Shown here one piece after another: positions 28,143 through 38,118 of a DNA stretch of 64,000 nucleotides (positions are counted from its first letter, which is position 1; each line of letters starts with the position of its first letter). The translations under genes were made by a program, and so were the position numbers. The stretch covers positions 10,277-74,276 of the forward strand of contig JAHBWR010000002.1 of assembly GCA_019636875.1 (NCBI GenBank), read 5' to 3'. This DNA is from Nitrospira sp. (GTDB lineage Bacteria > Nitrospirota > Nitrospiria > Nitrospirales > Nitrospiraceae). The notes under the pieces were generated by a model. The model worked only from the letters and a program-made list of their open reading frames with translations, was not told where the DNA came from and searched no databases.

Positions 28143-30167
28143 ATGGGGATTAGCGGACTGCTCGACGTTGCGAAGACCGCTCTCTTTACCGCCCAACAAG
28201 CGTTGACCGTGACCGGTCATAACATCGGCAATGTGAACACTCCAGGCTTCTCCCGGCAAGAGGTCATACTGACTGAGCAGCGCCCGGCCGATGGGAGTCC
28301 AGGTCAGGTCGGGACGGGTGTGAAGATCGCTGAAATTCGACGAGCCGTGGATACGTTCCTGAACCGGGAGTTAATCCAATCTCATGAAGATCTGGGCCAG
28401 TTCACTGTGGCGCGCGAGGAACTGAGCCGGTTGGAGAGTCTCTTCGGAGATGCCAGAGGACAGGGTTTGTCGGAGAAACTGGACGCGTTCTTCAAGGCAC
28501 TGCAGGACGCGACTACCACCCCGTCTCAGCTCGCTCCACGTTCCGTAGTTCTTTCACGAGCCTCGACCTTGTCGAGCGCATTCCAACAGCTCAACGGGGA
28601 TTTGGTCGAGACCCGTCGAGCCCTTGATGTGCAAATCGGTGTCACGGTTGGCGAGATCAATAGCTTGACGGGCAAGATTGCCCAATTTAACAGCCAGATT
28701 AAATCGGCTGAAGTCAGTGGCCAGAACGCCAATGATCTCCGCGATCAGCGTGACTTGACGATCAATGAGCTTGCCGCACGAGTCGAGGTGCTCACCCTCG
28801 ACCGTCCGGACGGCACGGTGTCAGTATTCACCGCCCGTGGACTTGTCTTGGTGGACCAGCAGACGACGCGCAACCTCATCGGAGTTGAATCATTGGACAA
28901 TAGCGGCCTGCTGGATATCGGATATGATATTGGCGGGCCTCAACCGTATGTGATCAGCGATCTGATAGGAGCGGGGAAGTTACGTGGACTTTTGGACGTC
29001 CGGGATCAAACGATTCCCTCCGTCCAACAGGGCGTTGACGCTCTGGCCGGCTCGCTCCTGACCGAGGTGAACCGCATTCACCGAGTGGGATATGGTCTTG
29101 ATGGGTCGACAGGGCAAGATCTCTTTGGTGGACTATCGGTCACAACCCAGGCGCCTGCTACGAACGTAGGGTCTGCGTCGATCGCCAATGGCTCAGTGAC
29201 GGCGCCGAGCCTTCTGACCTTCCATGACTATGAAATTCAATTCACAGGACCGAGTGGATACGCGATCATCGATGCGACAACGGGTATCGGGATCAAGGGA
29301 AACTATACCGGAACCGTGCTGACACCTCCCACGGTTGATGTCCCCGTCAATATTGTGACCGGAATAAACGACACACTGGTCGTCTCGATCGATGGTACGA
29401 CGTCAGGAACGATTACGCTCAACGGCACCGGGTCACCGGGGTTGGCCTATACCTCTGGCGAGGCTCTTGCCGAGGAGGTCCAAAGTCAGGTCAATGCGGA
29501 CTCTACACTGGCCGCAGCCGGCCGTCAGGTCACGGTCTTGTTTGATCGTACGACCAATCGACTGGTCTTGCAGTCGAATTCCACCGGAGGAGGGAGTTCG
29601 GTCGATGTGACAGGCGGAACGGCAAGGGCCACGCTGGGATTGTCGGGCGGGGTCAGTACTGCGGCGTCCGGCACCTATAGCGGACCTCAGACGTTTCATC
29701 TGGACGGGATTGCGGTGACGGTTTCGGGGGCTCCGGCTGCCAACGATGTCTTGCGGGTGAACTCCCGCGAGAATGCGGCGAGAGACCTGGCCGTCACGTT
29801 GTCCGACCCGGCGAAAGTCGCGTTGTCTTCAACCCGGGCCGGTGTCCCGGGAAACAACCAAAACGGATTGGATCTCGTTGCCCTGCAGTCGAAGGTGCTC
29901 ACCGGCCTCGATAACGCGACGCTCTTCGACGCCTATCGTAAGACCGCAACAGATCTTGGCGTGTCCTCTCAGGTGGCTGGTCAACGTCTTGAGACGGAAG
30001 AGATCCGCCATGAGCAGCTTCAGAACTTTCGGGCCCAAGTATCCGGTGTCTCGCTTGATGAAGAACTTGTCAATCTTCTCAAGTTCCAACGCGCGTTTGA
30101 GGCAGCTTCGCGTATGATCGTCGCGGCCGATGAAATGATGTCGACCTTGATTTCGCTCAAGCGGTAG
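28143..30167 (+). CDS. flgK: Hook-filament junction protein FlgK
   Basis: GHNIGNVNTPGFSRQ, NDLRDQRD, SGVSLDEE..FQRAFEAASR. Confidence 0.96.
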   Translation: MGISGLLDVAKTALFTAQQALTVTGHNIGNVNTPGFSRQEVILTEQRPADGSPGQVGTGVKIAEIRRAVDTFLNRELIQSHEDLGQFTVAREELSRLESLFGDARGQGLSEKLDAFFKALQDATTTPSQLAPRSVVLSRASTLSSAFQQLNGDLVETRRALDVQIGVTVGEINSLTGKIAQFNSQIKSAEVSGQNANDLRDQRDLTINELAARVEVLTLDRPDGTVSVFTARGLVLVDQQTTRNLIGVESLDNSGLLDIGYDIGGPQPYVISDLIGAGKLRGLLDVRDQTIPSVQQGVDALAGSLLTEVNRIHRVGYGLDGSTGQDLFGGLSVTTQAPATNVGSASIANGSVTAPSLLTFHDYEIQFTGPSGYAIIDATTGIGIKGNYTGTVLTPPTVDVPVNIVTGINDTLVVSIDGTTSGTITLNGTGSPGLAYTSGEALAEEVQSQVNADSTLAAAGRQVTVLFDRTTNRLVLQSNSTGGGSSVDVTGGTARATLGLSGGVSTAASGTYSGPQTFHLDGIAVTVSGAPAANDVLRVNSRENAARDLAVTLSDPAKVALSSTRAGVPGNNQNGLDLVALQSKVLTGLDNATLFDAYRKTATDLGVSSQVAGQRLETEEIRHEQLQNFRAQVSGVSLDEELVNLLKFQRAFEAASRMIVAADEMMSTLISLKR

Positions 30168-30182
30168 GCAGAGGAGCACCCC

Positions 30183-31952
30183 ATGCGTGTCACAGAGCAA
30201 CAGGTATTTGGATTTCTGGTGAACAGCTATCAACGGGCTCGATCTCACGCACTGCGATTACAAGAACATCTCGCGACCGGCAAACAGGTCTTACAACCTT
30301 CCGACGACCCTGGACGTTTTCATCGGATCGTCGGGGAACACATCACGCTGACAAGGCTGGAGCAACGTCTCCGCAACATTTCCACGGCGACGACGCGAGT
30401 GGAACTGGCCGATACATCCCTCCAAGGGACCACCGCTACCTTATCCCGTATCCGGCAGTTGGCGGTTCAGTATGCATCTGATACGAACGGTGCGGCTGAA
30501 CGAGCGGCTGGTGCACATGAAGTGCGGGCCCTCTTCCAGCACCTGCTTCAGTTGGGCAATGCGGAGTTCGACGAGAACCAACCGGTATTTGGAGGCACGA
30601 GCCGCCATGGCTTCGCCGCCGGGCTGGCGGTCTCTGCACCGATTACCTTGACGAACGCGGTCGCTGATACGTTGAGTGTGAGAATTGATGGTGTGACATC
30701 CGGTCTGATCGATTTGACAAGCGGCACCGAGACGCTCACCGGTCCAGAAACAGCTGCACGAGTACAGAGCCGGATTAATACTGATTCAACCTTACTCGCA
30801 GCGGGAAAAAGCGTGTCGGTGACGTATGAGAACGGTCGTCTTGTGATTGCATCAAATTCCGAGGGACCGAGCGCCAGCGCAGAGGTGGTCGGAGGGTCCG
30901 CCCGGGGCCTGCTCGGATTCAACGGAGGGAGTGCCGGCGATGGTGCTTCGACATTCGTCCCCACGGTCGTCACACAGGTTGCCTCGACCAATATCGGAGG
31001 CGCCACAATCTCTCAGGGGCAGGTGCGTAATCCAGGCGTCACGTCGTTCGACAACCATCTCATTCGATTCACGGGACCGGCGAGCTTCGATGTCCTGAAT
31101 ACTTCAACGCCGGTTGCGGTGACGGCAAACGTAACCAATGTGGGACGGGTTGGTACCATCGATGCCGGGGTCGTCGATCATCAGCGTCTGACCCTCGATT
31201 CGTACGAGATTCAATTCACGTCGTCGTCGCAGTATTCTGTCGTGAACACAACGACCGGGTCGACGCTGTCGACAGGGAACTCGTATGTCTCCGGAAGCGC
31301 CATCGAATTTGATGGGCTACGTGTTGTTCTTGCGCACGAGCAGCCAGGGTCGCCGGTTACCGGGGATCGATTTGCCGTGGCGCTTGCCCCCAAGACGGTA
31401 CTGAGCGGACAGACCTACGTCTCAGGAGCCGCGATCACATTTGATGGCCTTCAGTTCGCGATCAGCGACGGAACAGCACCTCCTGCCGCAGGAGATCTCT
31501 TTCATATCGTCAGCCAGAGCCGATATACGGGAGATTCCAGCGTTCATGAAATTGAAGTGGCCGATGGGGAGGTCATCTCCACAAGCGTACCCGGCCATGA
31601 AGTCTTCAGCGGTCCGAATGTCAATGTGTTTGAGGCGGTACAACATCTGCTTGCCGCCCTGCGAGGAAACTTTAGAGCCGGTGTCGAAGAGAGTTTGGGA
31701 GACTTAGATCATGCACTGAGTCAGGTGTCGGCAGCTCAGGCCGAAGTGGGCGCGATCGCGAATCGTTTGGAAGCCACCTCCTCGGCATTGGATGACACCA
31801 GAGTGCTGGCCACGAATACGCTGTCCTCGTTCGAAGATATCGATTTGGCACGAACCATCTCTGCTCTCACGCTGCAAGAATATGCGATTCAAGCCGCGGG
31901 CGAGACGCTCGGTCGGATCTTCGACAATTCCCTCCTGAAACATCTCCGGTAG
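30183..31952 (+). CDS. flgL: Hook-filament junction protein FlgL (enlarged)
   Basis: MRVT.., LATGKQV..PSDDP, flagellin-like termini; follows flgK. Confidence 0.92.
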   Translation: MRVTEQQVFGFLVNSYQRARSHALRLQEHLATGKQVLQPSDDPGRFHRIVGEHITLTRLEQRLRNISTATTRVELADTSLQGTTATLSRIRQLAVQYASDTNGAAERAAGAHEVRALFQHLLQLGNAEFDENQPVFGGTSRHGFAAGLAVSAPITLTNAVADTLSVRIDGVTSGLIDLTSGTETLTGPETAARVQSRINTDSTLLAAGKSVSVTYENGRLVIASNSEGPSASAEVVGGSARGLLGFNGGSAGDGASTFVPTVVTQVASTNIGGATISQGQVRNPGVTSFDNHLIRFTGPASFDVLNTSTPVAVTANVTNVGRVGTIDAGVVDHQRLTLDSYEIQFTSSSQYSVVNTTTGSTLSTGNSYVSGSAIEFDGLRVVLAHEQPGSPVTGDRFAVALAPKTVLSGQTYVSGAAITFDGLQFAISDGTAPPAAGDLFHIVSQSRYTGDSSVHEIEVADGEVISTSVPGHEVFSGPNVNVFEAVQHLLAALRGNFRAGVEESLGDLDHALSQVSAAQAEVGAIANRLEATSSALDDTRVLATNTLSSFEDIDLARTISALTLQEYAIQAAGETLGRIFDNSLLKHLR

Positions 31953-31960
31953 GATCGTTC

Positions 31961-31988
31961 TCAAGTTTGTACCGTGGAGAGCCGATAA
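31961..31988 (+). promoter_or_regulatory. sigma28 promoter of csrA-fliW
   Basis: TCAA-N16-GCCGATAA. Confidence 0.78.
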
Positions 31989-32023
31989 TTCCATGTCACC
32001 TTGTGTCGCCATGGAAGGCTGTC

Positions 32024-32269
32024 ATGCTGGTACTGACTCGTCGACGTGGAGAGAGTGTCACAATCGGTCCCGATATCCGTGTGGTCGTGCTGGGGATGAA
32101 GAGCGGGCAGGTTCGTCTCGGAATCGAAGCCCCACCGGCTGTCGCCGTACATCGGGAGGAGGTCTATACGAGAATCCAAGAAGAGAACCGGTTGGCCGCC
32201 AAAACACAGGTTGTGCCGATTGATGCGTTGCGGAGCTTAGCTCCTGTGAAACGGCGTGTGGTCTCGTGA
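32024..32269 (+). CDS. csrA: Translational regulator CsrA
   Basis: [30 protein letters not shown] plus a C-terminal extension (IQEENRLAA) of the kind seen in FliW-associated CsrA. Confidence 0.96.
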   Translation: MLVLTRRRGESVTIGPDIRVVVLGMKSGQVRLGIEAPPAVAVHREEVYTRIQEENRLAAKTQVVPIDALRSLAPVKRRVVS

Positions 32270-32273
32270 GGCT

Positions 32274-32762
32274 ATGTCCGTGAACTGCACATCGACTCGA
32301 TTTGGGTCCTTCGAAGTTCCCGATGAAAGCGTCGTCACGTTTCCTTCTGGGCTACTGGGGTTTCCCGAGCAGCAACGGTACGTGATCCTTGATCATGATA
32401 CCGAGGCGCCCTTCAAGTGGCTTCAATCAATGGAAGAGCCTGATCTTGCCTTTGTGCTGATGGATCCTGCCACGTTCCATCCTGATTACCACGTTGAAGT
32501 GCCGGCCGATGCTCTGATGGAAATTAAAGGAGGAGAGCGCGAGGATCTCACGTTGGTCGTGATTTTGACCATTCCTTCGGATGATCCAAGCCGAATCACA
32601 GCCAATCTTCGTGGGCCGCTACTCATGAGCCACAAGAGCAAGCTTGGGAAACAATTAGTGCTCTCGGAGGAGTTTCCTACCAGACATCCGTTGTTCCCGA
32701 GTGCGTCTCCGTCTCGAGGTGCATCCACGGATGTACAGCCCACCACAGAATGTCCTGCGTGA
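32274..32762 (+). CDS. fliW: Flagellar assembly factor FliW
   Basis: TRFG, FPSGLLGF, WLQS..PDLAF, TANLRGP. Confidence 0.95.
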   Translation: MSVNCTSTRFGSFEVPDESVVTFPSGLLGFPEQQRYVILDHDTEAPFKWLQSMEEPDLAFVLMDPATFHPDYHVEVPADALMEIKGGEREDLTLVVILTIPSDDPSRITANLRGPLLMSHKSKLGKQLVLSEEFPTRHPLFPSASPSRGASTDVQPTTECPA

Positions 32763-32799
32763 GTCGTCGCAAGGGAAATGCGAGCGGACACAAGTTGGT

Positions 32800-35691
32800 T
32801 TACGCAGCTGCCTCACGGGTAGGCTGATAGCCTCGTCGGTAGGATTCCAACACGCGGACGAGCCGAGCGACTTCGAGCTCGAGCTGTGCGTAAACGGGCG
32901 GCGCATCGTGAAGCGCGCTGAGCCGGCCGACGGCTTCCAGACGACTGGCCGTGAGTCCGACCTCAGAAGCACACAGATTCCCGGCGGTTCCTTTGAATGT
33001 ATGGGCCGCTCGTTCGACTGCAGATGAATCGGCATCGGCCAGTGCCGTTCTGATTTCAGCCAGCATCGTCTGATGACGATCAAGGAACAGGCAGATAAGC
33101 TGAGCGAAGAGGTCGTTGTCACTCCCGATATTTTGGTACATTCTGGCGGGGTCAAAGACGCCCCGTGTCGGGTCGGTCGTCGCCTGGGCTGGTGGGCTTG
33201 TCTCGGAAGCGGTACTGCTAGGCGGTAGGATGGCCCACCGTGCAAGCGCTGCACGAAGTTCTTCCAACTTGATGGGTTTGGAAAGATAATCATCCATTCC
33301 GGCGGCCAAACAACGCTCCCGGTCTCCCTGCATGGCATTGGCGGTCACGGCAATGATCGGGATATGCGGCATGGATGATGGAGGCCCCTTCAATTCGGCA
33401 TCGCCTCCTGCCGGCGTGGTGGAAGATGCAGCGCTGGCTTCACGCTCGCGAATGTTCTTGGTCGTTTCAAACCCGTCCATGATGGGCATCTGACAGTCCA
33501 TCAAAATGGCGGTGTAATCACCCTTTTTCAACGCAGTCAATGCTTCCTGTCCGTTGTCGACGACATCAGGTTGATACCCGAGTTTCTCAACCATGCGAAC
33601 GGCGAGTTTCTGATTGACGATATTGTCTTCTACCACGAGTACGCGTCGGTGCTGGATATTTTCGGCGACCGTATGCCTGGTAACGAGTTGAGGAACCGTC
33701 GAGAGTGTCCGAGCTTCTTTCGGTTTTTGGGTATCGGCCAGACCGAGAACGGTTCGCAAACAGTCTCGTAACTCATCATGGCGAACGGGTTTCGGTAGGT
33801 ACCCCATGGCACCTGCCCGACGGGCTTCTTCGGCGTGGCCGCGTTGGAGCAGCGAGGTCATCACGACAAGGCGTATTCCAGCCCCTTCCGGATGGTACTG
33901 AATTTCTCGGGCAAGCTGGAGTCCATCCTTCCCTGGCATCACGAAATCCAAGATGGCGAAATCGTAGGGTGTACCACGCTGTGTGGCGTCGGATATTCGA
34001 CGTAAGGCCGAGTCAGCGTCTTCTGCGAGGTCGTCCACCATCCCCCAGCCGGAGACCAAGTGATGAAGGATGAGACGGTTCGATTCGTTATCATCGACGA
34101 TCAAGACACGTTTTCCGGCAAGATCTCCCATCGGAAGAATCGCACGTGGTGAGTCGGGTTGTTTGCGGAGACGTGCCGTACACCAGAAGGTGCTTCCTTG
34201 CCTTTCCGTGCTGCGGACACCGATCGTCCCTCCCATCAGTTCTACGAGTTGTTTCGAAATCGAAAGGCCAAGCCCGGTACCGCCGAACTTTCTTGTTGTG
34301 GAACTATCGGCCTGCACGAATGGACGAAAGAGTTTGGCTTGAGTGGTCGGGCTGATGCCGATCCCGCTGTCGGTGACTTCAAACCGAATGATGGCTGACT
34401 CCGGAAGATCTTCCTCGAGATAGGCCTGCAGCGTCACTTCTCCCCTGTCGGTAAATTTCACGGCATTCGCCACAAGATTGGTCAGGATCTGGCGCAATCG
34501 TCCGGGATCACCCTTGAGTCCGGTCGGGACTGCGGCGTGGACGAGCCCGGTCAGCTCAAGTCCTTTCGTCTCAGCACGTTCGGCAAACTGGGCGAGCACC
34601 TGTTCGACCGTCGTGCGGAGATTGAAGTCGAGGCACTCCAACTCCAGCTTACCTGCCTCAATCTTGCTGCATTCCAGCACGTCATTGATCAACTGCAGCA
34701 ACGCTTCACCGCATTGGCGTATGGTTTCGGCGTAAGACTGCTGCTCCGGCGTCAATGCGGTTTCCATGAGCAAGCTTGTCATGCCGATCACGCCGTTCAT
34801 CGGGGTTCTCAATTCGTGACTGACCGTTGCCAGGAACGCCGTCTTGACCCGTGCAGACTCCTTTGCCTCTTCCAGTGCTTTGTCGAGGCAGTGATTGCTG
34901 TGAAGCAGTTGGTCGGCAGACAATTTGAGCGCCTGCTGGACCTTACGGACGTTGGTCATATCCGTGGCATAGCCACGAACCACCCCATGTTGAGGAAGGG
35001 GGCAGAAGGTCCATGAAAAGCTCGCGTCCGGCAGGAGGACTTCCTCATTGTGGAGTGGGCGACCAGTCGTGAGACATTGCTTCACAATGTCTTGTAGACG
35101 GTTGGGCGCGACGTTAGGAAAGCCCTCAAGGCCATAGCCGAATCGAGAGAGGAGCGCGATCATCGCAGGATTTGCGTACAAGAGGCTGGAATGGTGATCC
35201 AATTCGATCAGAGGCGAAGGACTGTCTTCGGCGATGGCGGCTAGGCGATCACGGTCCTGTTCCAACTCTAGCTCATGAGACAGGTCTCGAATGGTGATGA
35301 GCAGCACCCTCCCGGCATTGAATGTGGTGCGGACACAGGTCCATTCTACGGGGATGCGCATCGTGCTGCTCTTGAGGAGAAGCTGCTGTGTCGAGGAAAT
35401 AGGAATGCCTGTTTTCAGCGTGTTCTGTAACTGAGAGGAGAGGCGAGTTTCACTGCATCGGGTGAGTTGTGTCCAGAACGTTGGGAACGGCAATCCTTGA
35501 GCTACGCTCGATCCTGGTCCGAGTAACCGGATGCCCTCTTGATTGATCCCCTGCACCGCGAGAGTAGGGTCAAGAATGAGGGTGGCAAAAGGAAGCCCGT
35601 CAAGGAGTTCCATCGCTACGGGGACGACTGTGTGAGCGGAGATCTTTGGAACCCGATGGCGTCTTTGTTTCCGTTCGGGTTTATTCATCAC
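32800..35691 (-). CDS. Cytoplasmic hybrid histidine kinase (PAS-like x2, HisKA, HATPase, REC, REC, Hpt)
   Basis: SHELRTPMNG H-box, NLVANAVKFT, DSGIG, GGTGLGL; two intact REC domains; Hpt AAHTFKG; no TM segment evident. Confidence 0.93.
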   Translation of the reverse strand: MMNKPERKQRRHRVPKISAHTVVPVAMELLDGLPFATLILDPTLAVQGINQEGIRLLGPGSSVAQGLPFPTFWTQLTRCSETRLSSQLQNTLKTGIPISSTQQLLLKSSTMRIPVEWTCVRTTFNAGRVLLITIRDLSHELELEQDRDRLAAIAEDSPSPLIELDHHSSLLYANPAMIALLSRFGYGLEGFPNVAPNRLQDIVKQCLTTGRPLHNEEVLLPDASFSWTFCPLPQHGVVRGYATDMTNVRKVQQALKLSADQLLHSNHCLDKALEEAKESARVKTAFLATVSHELRTPMNGVIGMTSLLMETALTPEQQSYAETIRQCGEALLQLINDVLECSKIEAGKLELECLDFNLRTTVEQVLAQFAERAETKGLELTGLVHAAVPTGLKGDPGRLRQILTNLVANAVKFTDRGEVTLQAYLEEDLPESAIIRFEVTDSGIGISPTTQAKLFRPFVQADSSTTRKFGGTGLGLSISKQLVELMGGTIGVRSTERQGSTFWCTARLRKQPDSPRAILPMGDLAGKRVLIVDDNESNRLILHHLVSGWGMVDDLAEDADSALRRISDATQRGTPYDFAILDFVMPGKDGLQLAREIQYHPEGAGIRLVVMTSLLQRGHAEEARRAGAMGYLPKPVRHDELRDCLRTVLGLADTQKPKEARTLSTVPQLVTRHTVAENIQHRRVLVVEDNIVNQKLAVRMVEKLGYQPDVVDNGQEALTALKKGDYTAILMDCQMPIMDGFETTKNIREREASAASSTTPAGGDAELKGPPSSMPHIPIIAVTANAMQGDRERCLAAGMDDYLSKPIKLEELRAALARWAILPPSSTASETSPPAQATTDPTRGVFDPARMYQNIGSDNDLFAQLICLFLDRHQTMLAEIRTALADADSSAVERAAHTFKGTAGNLCASEVGLTASRLEAVGRLSALHDAPPVYAQLELEVARLVRVLESYRRGYQPTREAAA

Positions 35692-36953
35692 GCGGCTCGT
35701 GGCAGACTGGGTTCCAGGTGCATGCCCACATTGACACGCTCGTGACTCGGGTCGAGGACGCGCAGGACGGTTCGTACGGTATGGTCGGATGACGGTGCCG
35801 CGAGATCGATCTCAAGCGGCGTGGCGTAGGACCCGCCCTGCGGGTCGGTCGTGACCTTCACAAGGGGCTTGAGCCGTTGCTGGGGATTCACGCCGACCAC
35901 AATGGCCTGTTCGCCGGTATTGAGTTTGAGCAAGCTTCCAACCGGGTAGACTCCGATACTGCGAATCATGGTCTCCACCAAGGGTTTTGGGAACTGTCCC
36001 CGCTCGCCTGCGAGAAAGAGTTGACGAACGGCATCGTGGGGGATCATCGCAGGGCGTGTTCCCCGCCGAGTGACCATTGCGTCGTACACGTCTACAATCC
36101 CGACAATCTGAGCGAGAGGGCAGATCGTGTCGGTCCCAAGACCTGCTGGAAAGCCTGTCCCGTCGGCACGTTCATGATGCTCCCGTACAATACGAAGGAC
36201 GTCCTCGTGCATCCCCGGGTGTTCGGAAAGGAGCGCCACGCCGAGTTTGCAATGTTGTTCAAGCAGGGTCTTATCCTGGCCTGTACATTCATCCCGTTTA
36301 CGAACGAGATTCCGAGGGAGACGGACATAGCCGGCATCGTGAAGCAGCGCGCCCATGCCGACCAATTCTTGCTGTGGTTGTTCCAGGCCGTTTTCAATGG
36401 CGACGATGAGAGAGAGGACACAGGTATCCAATGCGTGGGTTGTCAGAGACCGATCGAATTGTTTGATTTTCTGGATAGCGACTTGAGTGGCCATAGCCAC
36501 CCGGTCATTCAGGACATGCTCCAATACGTTCGATACGATGGCCTTTGTGGCTTCAGGACTAGGAGGCACTCCACGCTCTAGGTCATCAAAGATGCGCTCG
36601 ACCGCTTCTTGGGCTTGCGCGTACATAAGCACCGCAGACTGATTGCCAAGTACGGGCTTGCCGGTTTCGTCCATGTGTGGTGTCTGAGGAGGAAGGGGAG
36701 GGGAAGGAAGTGGAGGTGGAACCGCTGGTTGAGTGCGATCGGATGGCTCAGGCGGCATCGAAGGAAGATCGGCTCCTTTATTGGTATCGATTGTGACCAT
36801 CCGAATGCCATGCTGCTTCATGATCTCAATGGTTTGCAGGTCGTTGACCATTCGTTTATGGAAGAGGAACGGGGTCCGGTACCAAGGAACATCCATGTCA
36901 ATCACAAACATGCCGGGAACGAGTTGCTCGATCGCGATACGCTTGGTCGCCAT
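35688..36953 (-). CDS. HD-GYP domain protein with DUF3391-like N-terminus
   Basis: EQLVPGMFV..W N-terminus; LLHDAG, HHERADGTGFP, DVYDAM, GVYPVGS; GGAG RBS before ATG 36953; stop overlaps the kinase start. Confidence 0.9.
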   Translation of the reverse strand: MATKRIAIEQLVPGMFVIDMDVPWYRTPFLFHKRMVNDLQTIEIMKQHGIRMVTIDTNKGADLPSMPPEPSDRTQPAVPPPLPSPPLPPQTPHMDETGKPVLGNQSAVLMYAQAQEAVERIFDDLERGVPPSPEATKAIVSNVLEHVLNDRVAMATQVAIQKIKQFDRSLTTHALDTCVLSLIVAIENGLEQPQQELVGMGALLHDAGYVRLPRNLVRKRDECTGQDKTLLEQHCKLGVALLSEHPGMHEDVLRIVREHHERADGTGFPAGLGTDTICPLAQIVGIVDVYDAMVTRRGTRPAMIPHDAVRQLFLAGERGQFPKPLVETMIRSIGVYPVGSLLKLNTGEQAIVVGVNPQQRLKPLVKVTTDPQGGSYATPLEIDLAAPSSDHTVRTVLRVLDPSHERVNVGMHLEPSLPRAA

Positions 36954-37020
36954 AACGACTATGCTCCAGGTCAGAAGAATTGCAGGTCGGCCATGCCGAC
37001 GGAAGACAAATCTGTGAGTC

Positions 37021-37048
37021 ATATCGGTGAACTCCGCGTTGAACTTGA
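37021..37048 (-). promoter_or_regulatory. sigma28 promoter of the HD-GYP/kinase operon
   Basis: Minus strand TCAA-N16-ACCGATAT. Confidence 0.7.
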
Positions 37049-37117
37049 CGATTGTGATCGAGGGAGGGTGCGTACAGTGTCGTTGAGGTCGGTGTGACGG
37101 ATACTGTCCGTTTGTCC

Positions 37118-37145
37118 TCAAGACGAAGCGATGAGTTGCCGATAA
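37118..37145 (+). promoter_or_regulatory. sigma28 promoter of the PilZ flagellar-brake gene
   Basis: TCAA-N16-GCCGATAA. Confidence 0.78.
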
Positions 37146-37190
37146 GGTTCATCAGCGATGGTTTGTGTCGGCTGACAGACATCAGGAGTC

Positions 37191-37922
37191 ATGGGCATGA
37201 ATGAAATGATCGTGTCGGTTCCTCCCGCCGTGTCGTTTCTTTCGGTTGGGTTGCCGCTGAAAATATCGCTGACTCTGGATCAACAGAAGATGATGTATGG
37301 CTCGACCCTGTTGGGCTGGAAAGATCATGCCTGGCTCATCTGTGAATGGCCGCTGCAGCTCGGCCATGACCAACCGATCAGTGGTGGTACGCCATGTACG
37401 GTCAGCTACCTCCATGAGGGGAAACTGGTTGGATATCGCAGCGAGATACGCGATGTCCTCAATGCGCCGGTGCCGTTGCTCTTTCTGGCCTATCCGAAAA
37501 CCGTCGAAGAGATGCACATGCGCAAACATGTGCGGGTGCCGTCGAATGAGCCGATCTTACTCATGCGAACCGATCAGGGGCATCCATCCGAATCCACCGT
37601 CCCGACCAGCGATTATTTCGGTGGGTTACTGAAAGATCTCAGCGAGGGGGGATGCAGCGTCGCGTTGGTCACACGACCGGGCTGGCTGGGTCCCGGCAGT
37701 ACAGTCCGTTTGGAGTTCGAGCTGCCTGGATTGGGACACATTACGAACCTTACCGGCATCGTGAAGAACTCCGATAGACGTCATGGCAGCGAGATGATCG
37801 GCATCGAGTTCTGCTTCAACGAACTCGAGTACATCGAATACCGAGGGTGGGGCGGCTCCGTCCGAAACGCCATCGAGCAATGTGTCTTTCAGAAGGTCAG
37901 CGCTTCGTTCCTACTCCCCTAG
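37191..37922 (+). CDS. YcgR-like c-di-GMP-binding flagellar brake (PilZN-PilZ)
   Basis: RKHVR (RxxxR) and DLSEGG (DxSxxG) after a YcgR-like N-domain (LLFLAYP). Confidence 0.87.
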   Translation: MGMNEMIVSVPPAVSFLSVGLPLKISLTLDQQKMMYGSTLLGWKDHAWLICEWPLQLGHDQPISGGTPCTVSYLHEGKLVGYRSEIRDVLNAPVPLLFLAYPKTVEEMHMRKHVRVPSNEPILLMRTDQGHPSESTVPTSDYFGGLLKDLSEGGCSVALVTRPGWLGPGSTVRLEFELPGLGHITNLTGIVKNSDRRHGSEMIGIEFCFNELEYIEYRGWGGSVRNAIEQCVFQKVSASFLLP

Positions 37923-37969
37923 TGCGGCTCCCCTTGTCCCGGACATCGGATGATTCTTCCGTCTCGCCG

Positions 37970-38070
37970 GGCAAATCTTGCCGAGAGGGCGAGGCCTGAG
38001 GCACTCCTCCAGCTTCGAATAAGCTAATTTATCTTATCCAATCGCGACACCAGCTGGCACAAGACTTGGA
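37970..38070 (+). promoter_or_regulatory. Candidate sigma54 promoter of the glycosylation island
   Basis: TGGCACAAGACTTGGA at 38055-38070 (-12 GG instead of GC); palindrome GGCAAATCTTGCC at 37970; AT-rich spacer. Confidence 0.5.
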
Positions 38071-38118
38071 AGTAGGTGCCATGCGGTAGGTTCTATTCAA
38101 GGGTGTTGTGGGTCACAA

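Noticed and set aside
36954-37121. 56-aa N-terminal extension of the HD-GYP ORF in the track
   Set aside because: Overlaps the sigma28 motifs; RBS and domain start support ATG 36953
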